This document shows, one piece after another, positions 58,046-64,000 of a DNA stretch of 64,000 bases (position 1 is the first letter of the stretch; each line of letters starts with the position of its first letter). Below the pieces are notes generated by a model. The model ran no database searches. It was not told where the DNA came from and was given only the letters and a program-made list of their open reading frames with translations. The stretch is from IMG/VR virus record IMGVR_UViG_2858635475_000003, positions 1,400-65,399 of that record. One strand, given 5' to 3'. Origin of the DNA: a virus. Position numbers and translations under genes: made by a program.

Positions 58046-58362
58046 CAGCCGCTCTCCCAATCGGGAATGTCGACCGTTTTGCCGGCGAGCGCATGAGTGC
58101 AGTCAGACAGAAACTGGATCCGGCCATCAGTCACGAACGAATGACAGATCGCTGGTGGAGCGCCGTCCTTGCCGGCGTCGGGGCCATTATACGTGACCAA
58201 TACTGACGGCGTGAATGTCGGCGCCTCCGGATTCCCGTTGTAACCCCACCGTGGTCCGGAGCCTTCACCAACACTGACCTGATGCGCCCCGTCACAACCG
58301 GGACACCAGAACATCAGTCGACCACCTTCGAGGCTGCGGAGCTTGGGAGAAATGAGCGCCAT
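58045..58362 (-). CDS. hypothetical protein with CxxC pair
   Basis: FWCPGCDG motif. Confidence 0.4.
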   Translation of the reverse strand: MALISPKLRSLEGGRLMFWCPGCDGAHQVSVGEGSGPRWGYNGNPEAPTFTPSVLVTYNGPDAGKDGAPPAICHSFVTDGRIQFLSDCTHALAGKTVDIPDWESG

Positions 58363-58763
58363 CACGGAGACTCCGGTGGAGCGTATGTTGCCGGGATTGG
58401 CAGAAGCGCCAGCTTCTCATCGTCTGCGTCCAACTGAAGCACCATGGCGGTGATCGTCAGATCGTCAGGCGGCTGAATGTTGTCGAGATAATAGGCTTCA
58501 CCCGCTTCCACGGAGATGATCGCATTGCGTACCGGCTGCGGGATTTCTTCGCGCCAGATGATAATGCGAGGGGTGATGTCTTCACGCTCTGCGTAATTGA
58601 AATTCGTGCCCTTCATATCCCCAAGGGCTTGGAACTTGGTGTGCACGCGCACGAAGCACGGGACCGGCTCAGCGTCGATTGACGCGAGATAGAGCGCGGG
58701 CACGCGCAAATGGAGTTGCACGGCCCGCCTCGCATTCCGCTTAATGTCGCGGAAAGATGCCAT
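58362..58763 (-). CDS. head completion/adaptor-like protein (hypothetical)
   Basis: Position. Confidence 0.45.
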   Translation of the reverse strand: MASFRDIKRNARRAVQLHLRVPALYLASIDAEPVPCFVRVHTKFQALGDMKGTNFNYAEREDITPRIIIWREEIPQPVRNAIISVEAGEAYYLDNIQPPDDLTITAMVLQLDADDEKLALLPIPATYAPPESP

Positions 58764-59095
58764 CAGATTTCTTCGTCCTTGGAAGCAGCCTTTGCGGCGC
58801 CTTTCGGTTTTCCCTGGGGGTCACCTTCCGCGCCGGAAGCAGGTTTCGCTTCTTCAGCAGCAAGCTGCTTTTCGACGTTGGTTGGTGCATTTTCCTCACC
58901 CGACTGAACCTTGGCGATAGCGACTTCTTCCTTCGTGGCCTTGCGGGCCGCGCCGAGAGCGATCAGCTTTTCCAGTTCTTCGTCGGTGGCATCGAACACC
59001 GAAACTCGGGTTTTCGTGGAAGCCGGCACGACGTTCTTTTCGCCGTCAACGCGGCGATGGATGGTGGTGATTGCATAACCTTTTACAGCGGCCAT
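58763..59095 (-). CDS. small Ala/Lys/Glu-rich head-module protein ending KDEEI
   Basis: Dyad motif and SD upstream; C-terminal DEEI. Confidence 0.5.
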   Translation of the reverse strand: MAAVKGYAITTIHRRVDGEKNVVPASTKTRVSVFDATDEELEKLIALGAARKATKEEVAIAKVQSGEENAPTNVEKQLAAEEAKPASGAEGDPQGKPKGAAKAASKDEEI

Positions 59096-59141
59096 TTCTC
59101 TGTTCCTTATCAGGGGTTAACTTATCCACAAACAGTTGACA

Positions 59142-59165
59142 TTGGCGGTATGACGTTACCGCCAA
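59142..59165 (-). terminator. perfect 9-bp stem hairpin TTGGCGGTA-tgacg-TACCGCCAA immediately downstream of the major capsid gene
   Basis: Read directly. The stem contains GGTATGAC, which also recurs in the 18300-18440 repeats. Confidence 0.4.
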
Positions 59166-59176
59166 TGTCAGTTCGG

Positions 59177-60271
59177 TTACGCCAGAACGCGAGCCTTGAG
59201 GGTGCGGTTCGGGTAGAGCGGGATCGGCAGCGGCGAAGACTGCGAGAGAACGAACTTCTCGCCGGGATCGTCGGTCTCGAACATCTTCTGGAAGATGTCG
59301 CTGTTCTGCAGGCCGGCTTCGATCGCCTTGGTGTCGTAGATCGCACCGTAGCAACGGACGCCGGTTGCGCCGGGAGCAATGAGCATGATGTCCTTTTCGT
59401 TGAAAAGGTCGATCTTGGTCTTGCCACCGGAACCGTTCGGGATATCGACCGTATCCTTGTACATCCAGACTTCGATGTTGTTCGAAAGCTGGCCGATACG
59501 GGTCATCGGCTGTTCGCGGATCTGGATGCCGCGATCGAAGGTCACGCTCTCGCCGCCACGGTAGCGGGTATCGAGCATATCCTTGATGCCGGCGTTGTTG
59601 CGGAAATAAGGGGCAACCTGTGCACCAACCAGCAGAATGGTCGGAGCGCCGCCGCGCAGAGCGCGAACCATGGTGTTCGCCCAAGCTTCCACATCGCCGA
59701 TGATGTCGGTGGCGGGATCGGACCAGAAGTCGTCGGTCTTCACGATCGTCTGACCGGGGTCGCGGCCGAAGTCGAGAAGGACGGACGGATTGGCGGCGCC
59801 CTGATCACGGTCGTAATCGACCTGAACCTTCGCGTCGATGAAGGCACGTGCCGCCATCCAGATTTCGCGAACGCGGATGGCACGCAGATGCCGTTCGACG
59901 ATCTCGGCCACGCGCATGTCGAAACGCTGTGCCAGTGTGGGACGCTGGCCGCCGTTGCGGAAAATTTCGGACGGCTTCAGGTTGCGCGCATCTTCCGGAC
60001 GAACGGCATTTTTCAGCTTGATGTACGGAGGTGCGAACGCACTGATCGATTCGCCGTGACGAATGTCGAGCGGCTTGCCCTGCTCGTAAGGCAGGACGAA
60101 CATCGCCATGAAGCGGTCGGCTTCAGGCAGATCGGCGAAGCGGATTTCGTCGTCTTCGGAGTAGAAGGTCTCACCGAAGTACGTGTCGAGAATCCACGAC
60201 GGCAACGCGTCCATGCGCGGGTCATTCCGCAGCATGAACAGATCGTTGGGGGTCCACAATTCAATAGCCAT
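59177..60271 (-). CDS. major capsid protein (lambda gpE family)
   Basis: Size (364 aa), position after the decoration and protease genes, and overall Phage_cap_E-like sequence. Confidence 0.75.
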   Translation of the reverse strand: MAIELWTPNDLFMLRNDPRMDALPSWILDTYFGETFYSEDDEIRFADLPEADRFMAMFVLPYEQGKPLDIRHGESISAFAPPYIKLKNAVRPEDARNLKPSEIFRNGGQRPTLAQRFDMRVAEIVERHLRAIRVREIWMAARAFIDAKVQVDYDRDQGAANPSVLLDFGRDPGQTIVKTDDFWSDPATDIIGDVEAWANTMVRALRGGAPTILLVGAQVAPYFRNNAGIKDMLDTRYRGGESVTFDRGIQIREQPMTRIGQLSNNIEVWMYKDTVDIPNGSGGKTKIDLFNEKDIMLIAPGATGVRCYGAIYDTKAIEAGLQNSDIFQKMFETDDPGEKFVLSQSSPLPIPLYPNRTLKARVLA

Positions 60272-60310
60272 GGTCTTGGTTCCTTTCTTTGGAGAGCGCT
60301 AGGCCACGGC

Positions 60311-60748
60311 TTATGGCTGTGCGACGATGGAGCCAGCGCGGACTTTGCGGACCACGATGGAGGATGGGGTCGGAGCGCCGCGGAAGGCTTCCAGCTTCTT
60401 CTCTTCGGTGTCGTAGGAAGCCGGCCATGCGATCATGTCCATGTTCACGCAGCCCTGACGGAGAACCGGCTGCCCCTGGATGGGAGACGCCGGCGTGGTG
60501 ATGGGGCGAAGCAGAATACCGATAGCCTGCGTCGTGCCGGAAACGGCAGGAACAAGGTTGCCCGAGCCGTCAAAACCGACCGGAACGTAGACGCCGGTAA
60601 TGGTCTGGCTTGCAGCAATGGTCATATCTTCGGTCACGACGGCCGGCGTCTCGCCGACGATCAGACCTTCAGCGACGGGATTGATGGAGTCGGTCCACTG
60701 GCGCGGAACACCGGCCATGTGGGCGTCATAGGGAGCATTGATTGCCAT
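60311..60748 (-). CDS. head decoration protein (gpD-like)
   Basis: 145 aa between the protease and MCP genes. Confidence 0.5.
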   Translation of the reverse strand: MAINAPYDAHMAGVPRQWTDSINPVAEGLIVGETPAVVTEDMTIAASQTITGVYVPVGFDGSGNLVPAVSGTTQAIGILLRPITTPASPIQGQPVLRQGCVNMDMIAWPASYDTEEKKLEAFRGAPTPSSIVVRKVRAGSIVAQP

Positions 60749-60812
60749 TTTCGGTGTCCTTTCACCAATTCGTTGGCCTCAAATCAACATTCAGTTGACT
60801 TTCGGCGCGAGA

Positions 60813-62147
60813 TTAAGCGGCAGCGGCGTCCCGCGGTCCTTTGGTCAGACCGAGTACCCGTTCGTGACGCGGAACTTCAGCCTGTTCGCCTTCACCAGGA
60901 ACGCCGACATCGGCCTTCTTGGTCTCGTCCATGGCTTCCTTGAAGTTCTTGCCGGTGGCATTGGTCTTCGTGTCAGCCGCAGCGGCTTTTTCTTCCGGCA
61001 TGTCCGCCAGCATCTCGGTGACCGTTTCAGCATCGAGCGATGCGAACTTGTCGCCGGTTGCCATCTTGAGGGCGATTACGGGGCGCTTCTTGCCTTCCTC
61101 GGAATTGACGATCGCCGAGATGCGAGCGCGTTCCGCGGTAGCACCTTCCTTGGCGCCCTCGATCTTGCCAACCTTCACACCTTCAGCGTGGCCTTCGGCG
61201 CGAGCGGTATCAACAGCAGCCTGATCGACTGCCGCGTCATTTTTCGTCTGTCCAGACATGGTTTCGTCTCCTTCATCTGAGGACAGTTCTGCCGCAAATG
61301 CGGCGACGGAGTCGTCAAGCGTACCGATCGCATCGGCCAGCCCGTTCGACGTTGCTTGCGAGGCAGTGAATGTGAGGGCTTCGGTGTCCCGAACAGCCTT
61401 TTCATCCATGCCTCTATTCCGCGCCACGGTGGACACGAAAACTGCGCCAAGCTCATCGATGCGAGCCTGGATGCGTTCTTTGACTTCGGGTTTCAGCGCC
61501 TCATAGGGATTGCCATCGACCTTGTGGGCGCCGAAGTGAATGAAGGTGACCTTGTAGCCGCGCTGCTCCATGGCGGCCGAGATATCGATGTGCGCCGTGA
61601 CCACGCCGATCGAGCCCACGCCGCCAGTGCGCGAGACCGTGATGGAGTCTGCGACGGACGCGATCGAATAGGCTGCTGAATAGGCGCTCTCCATCGCGTA
61701 AGCACGAACCGGCTTCGTCCCGCGAGCCGCGAACATCTTGTCCACGAGATCGAAGTTGCCGGCGACCTCGCCACCGGGGGAGTCGATGATCAGCGCAATG
61801 CCGCGGACACTGCCGTCCTCCAAGCCGCGTTCGAACGCCTTTTGGATATAAGCGTAGCCGGTTGCCCAAGATCCGAAAGCATAAGGGAAGTCGTGCAGAA
61901 GCACGCCTTTGACCGGGATCATCAGCACGCCGTCTTTGACGACATACGGTCGCAGCATCGAGCGGAACGAACCAGGCTCACCCCACCAGTTCTCGTCGAC
62001 AGACGCCATCTCGGCCTTGAATTCCGCCGAGTTCATCTGCGCGGCAACCTGATGCAGCGAGGCTTCGAAGATACCCTGCATTTCCGGTGCGACGATGGAA
62101 GGCTTCTGATCGAAACGGGCGAGAAGCGGGTTCATGTTATTCGGCAT
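60813..62147 (-). CDS. prohead protease (S49/SppA-ClpP fold) fused to scaffold-like C-terminal domain
   Basis: S49 peptidase core (IALIIDSPGGEVAG...SAAYSIASVAD...). Ala/Glu-rich C-terminal region. Start at the ATG 5 nt before the portal stop. Confidence 0.75.
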   Translation of the reverse strand: MPNNMNPLLARFDQKPSIVAPEMQGIFEASLHQVAAQMNSAEFKAEMASVDENWWGEPGSFRSMLRPYVVKDGVLMIPVKGVLLHDFPYAFGSWATGYAYIQKAFERGLEDGSVRGIALIIDSPGGEVAGNFDLVDKMFAARGTKPVRAYAMESAYSAAYSIASVADSITVSRTGGVGSIGVVTAHIDISAAMEQRGYKVTFIHFGAHKVDGNPYEALKPEVKERIQARIDELGAVFVSTVARNRGMDEKAVRDTEALTFTASQATSNGLADAIGTLDDSVAAFAAELSSDEGDETMSGQTKNDAAVDQAAVDTARAEGHAEGVKVGKIEGAKEGATAERARISAIVNSEEGKKRPVIALKMATGDKFASLDAETVTEMLADMPEEKAAAADTKTNATGKNFKEAMDETKKADVGVPGEGEQAEVPRHERVLGLTKGPRDAAAA

Positions 62148-63954
62148 CGCGGCCTCGCTTGTCTGGATCTGGATGAACGGCATCCATGAAGTCGTTCGCG
62201 AGCGTTCCATTCTCGCTGCCAAGGATGTCTGAGAAATCGTGCTTCGCGGCTTCGCTGACGTTCTTTTCACCGGAAGCGGCGTTTACGGTGTTGTCCTGCA
62301 CATCATCGATGTAGGTGAGATCGTAGTGTTCGAACTCTTTCTTCTCACGTGCGACCTGACGCAATTCGCGGCGCCAGTCGCTACCGTGGATGCGGGCAAG
62401 CTCGCGCTCGTAGGTTGAGAGCTTGTGCTTGATGAGAAGAACGGAGGACTGAGTTTCCTTGAGCGGATCAATCTGACCACGGGCCGCGCCGATCCACTCG
62501 CAAGCCGTGATCGCTTCCATGGCGAGCGGCGCGTAAAGCCATGCGCTGTCAGCACCCATGCGCTTCGGCAGAGACTTGATGACGCCCTTGTTGATCGCTT
62601 CTTCAAGCCACAGGCGGTAGACGATGTTGGCGAACCGATCGGCGACAACCTTTTTGCGGCCGACCATGAACTTCCAAGTCTCGGTCATCGCAGCGCGGGC
62701 CGAAGAATAGTTCGTCTCGGTGTAATCCTTCGAAAGCTGTTCGTAGGATACGCCGAGCAGCGCTGCGATGTTGCGCAGAATGGATTGCTCGAACTCCATG
62801 CCAAGCGGCGCACCCTGACCGGGAGACTGCATCTTGAGTTTGGAGCCGAGCGGCAGTGCCGGAATACGGACGCCGTTGAGCTTCAACTGATCTGCGGCAG
62901 CCATAAAGTCCGACATGACCTCAAGGTGCTGGCCGAGACCCTGCTTGATCGCCGTGTCGGCATCTGTATCAGACGCCATCAGGCGAGCGAAGATATCCTG
63001 CGCAGGCAGATCGGATTCCACGACAGCGGCATATGTCGCCTGAACCACGGCGTTCTGAAGCGCCACGTCGCGGAACTGGCGAGCCATGTGCGTTTCGCGA
63101 ATGCCGGCAGCCATGTCGGACATGCCTCGGGTCTGGTTCGGACGCATCTGCTCGAACAAATGGATGAACTGAGGACGACCCCACCAGAGTTTCGCCGGCA
63201 GGCGCTCCCACTGATAGGCTTGCGCCAAATAGACATCGCGAGGATTCGCCTTGCGAATATGGTAGTGGGTCGGAACGTGATCCTGATTGACCTCAACACC
63301 GCCAATGATGAAAGCGTTCGAGAGCTTGTCCATCGGGGTGGAGAGCCGATCCACGTCGATCATTCGGATTGAGGTGCTGAACGGGCGATCGGATTTTGAA
63401 GACCGGTCCCAATCGACAGCGGCAAGCACTTCACCGCACATCAGGTAGGTGCCGACAGCCTGGCGAACCAACATCGTGAAGGAGTTGCGTCGGGTGGAGT
63501 CGATGTAATTCGCATCGGACTCAGCCCAAAGGCCGAACTTTTCTTCGACTTCTTCCTGAAACTCTTCTTCCCACTTCTCGTCAAGCTTGCCCATCAGCAC
63601 TTGGCTGTTCGGCTTGGCGTTCAGAAGGAACTGGCTGCCAACGATGTTGTCCTGATGAAGGCGCTGGCCGTTCTGCGCGTAGGCGTCGTTCTGCAGGATG
63701 TTGCGAATACGAGCGTCGGAAAGGCGTTTCGCGGGCAGGATGTCCTGATCGGCGGTGCGGTTTCCCGGCTGCCAGAGCGCCAGTTCACGCGAAAACCGGC
63801 TTGCGCCCTCGTAGGCTTCGCCCGCAATGGCTGTTTCTTTACCCGCGCCTGACGCCACCCTGATAACGTCAGGCGCGGGAGTGCTCGAAACACCTTGGGA
63901 GGAGTCAGGACCGAGCACATCTGTGAAATCTTTTGAAGATGCCATCAAAACCAT
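62137..63954 (-). CDS. portal protein (lambda gpB-like) carrying two copies of the DF[ST]D[IV]LG motif
   Basis: 605 aa upstream of the S49 protease, the lambda B-C order. KDFTDVLG at residues 8-15 and HDFSDILG 27 residues before the C-terminus. Confidence 0.7.
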   Translation of the reverse strand: MVLMASSKDFTDVLGPDSSQGVSSTPAPDVIRVASGAGKETAIAGEAYEGASRFSRELALWQPGNRTADQDILPAKRLSDARIRNILQNDAYAQNGQRLHQDNIVGSQFLLNAKPNSQVLMGKLDEKWEEEFQEEVEEKFGLWAESDANYIDSTRRNSFTMLVRQAVGTYLMCGEVLAAVDWDRSSKSDRPFSTSIRMIDVDRLSTPMDKLSNAFIIGGVEVNQDHVPTHYHIRKANPRDVYLAQAYQWERLPAKLWWGRPQFIHLFEQMRPNQTRGMSDMAAGIRETHMARQFRDVALQNAVVQATYAAVVESDLPAQDIFARLMASDTDADTAIKQGLGQHLEVMSDFMAAADQLKLNGVRIPALPLGSKLKMQSPGQGAPLGMEFEQSILRNIAALLGVSYEQLSKDYTETNYSSARAAMTETWKFMVGRKKVVADRFANIVYRLWLEEAINKGVIKSLPKRMGADSAWLYAPLAMEAITACEWIGAARGQIDPLKETQSSVLLIKHKLSTYERELARIHGSDWRRELRQVAREKKEFEHYDLTYIDDVQDNTVNAASGEKNVSEAAKHDFSDILGSENGTLANDFMDAVHPDPDKRGRDAE

Positions 63955-64000
63955 GGGCGCATCGCCCCAACGGCTTTGGTTCCTGTGGAAAGCTCTGCTT

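Noticed and set aside
817-60805. Dyad motif interpreted as DnaA boxes
   Set aside because: Some instances contain TTATCCACA or TGTGGATAT (e.g. 59121-59145, 28475-28498, 31436-31461). Most second arms are GTTGAT, two mismatches from the DnaA box consensus. The start-codon-proximal placement at every gene does not fit origin or DnaA biology. Kept only as a binding test in the first finding.
58757-60943. 728-aa plus-strand ORF and many other long ORFs antisense to the late genes (e.g. 50559..51203, 51540..52271, 44180..44950, 4132..4755)
   Set aside because: These are shadow ORFs expected in high-GC DNA. They overlap well-supported minus-strand genes (MCP, protease, tape measure, polymerase) and have Arg/Ala/Pro-rich, low-complexity translations.
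3228-63933. DFSDILG tail as a bacterial beta-clamp-binding motif
   Set aside because: Clamp-binding motifs are QL[SD]LF or QLxLxL. The recurring peptide lacks the Gln and the hydrophobic pattern, and occurs in non-replication proteins such as the portal.
1-64000. Integrase, excisionase or att sites, to define prophage borders
   Set aside because: No tyrosine or serine recombinase signature and no tRNA-like sequence was seen. The window starts at the regulator gene and ends just past the portal start, so the integration module and terminase probably lie outside.

Overview
This window is an internal segment of a tailed temperate phage or prophage from a high-GC alphaproteobacterium, probably Rhizobiales-like. 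No integrase or att site is visible; the window starts at a repressor-like HTH gene and ends inside the head module, just after the portal gene.

Layout:
- (i) 59..9750, minus strand: early DNA-metabolism operon. It encodes an XRE-HTH regulator, SNF2 helicase, VRR-NUC, dCMP deaminase, a C5-MTase-like protein, family-B DNA polymerase, a nucleotidyltransferase, a gp2.5-like SSB, a Cas4-like nuclease, a free-standing NUMOD4-HNH-AP2 homing endonuclease and an acidic protein.
- (ii) 9831..15825, plus strand: Cro-like HTH, PrimPol/D5-type primase-helicase, an RtcB RNA ligase and five small ORFs.
- (iii) 15860..17696, minus strand: an acyltransferase-3 moron (candidate O-antigen modification) and one further gene.
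- (iv) 17780..18500: an AT-rich region packed with nested inverted iteron arrays and palindromes.
- (v) 18526..40416, plus strand: about 55 mostly small accessory genes. These include:
  - a P-loop ATPase with a C-terminal membrane anchor;
  - a BRCT protein and an OmpR-type winged-helix regulator;
  - a GcrA-like regulator with a duplicated N-domain;
  - a small TM protein paired with an SPFH/band-7 protein;
  - MazG, a HAD-like protein, ThyA and a T4-gp1-like dNMP kinase;
  - an ACP-like protein and a GapR-like nucleoid protein;
  - a CcrM-type beta-class MTase carrying a LAGLIDADG insertion.
- (vi) 40433..63954, minus strand: late module.
  - Lysis and tail end: candidate holin/spanin-like genes, a beta-helix tail fibre and a DUF3380-like muramidase.
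  - GTA-like distal tail: g15/g13/g12 analogues.
  - Tail tube and length: a 1676-aa tape measure with an internal lysozyme domain, G/T-type chaperones and the tail tube.
  - Lambda-like head: MCP-E, decoration protein, S49 protease/scaffold and portal.

The most striking sequence-level signals are:
- a dyad motif, ATCAAC-N4-5-GTTGAT, placed just upstream of more than 30 gene starts on both strands;
- a recurrent D-F-[S/D/T]-D-[I/V]-L-G peptide at or near the C-terminus of at least nine otherwise unrelated proteins, including the portal (twice) and both methyltransferases, with related acidic DFDD tails on replication proteins.

Read together, these suggest an undescribed peptide-tag or shared-docking system in this phage. 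Other notable items are the phage-encoded RtcB, the SPFH pair, the ACP, the nested iteron array and a cell-cycle hijack toolkit (GcrA/CcrM/GapR analogues).
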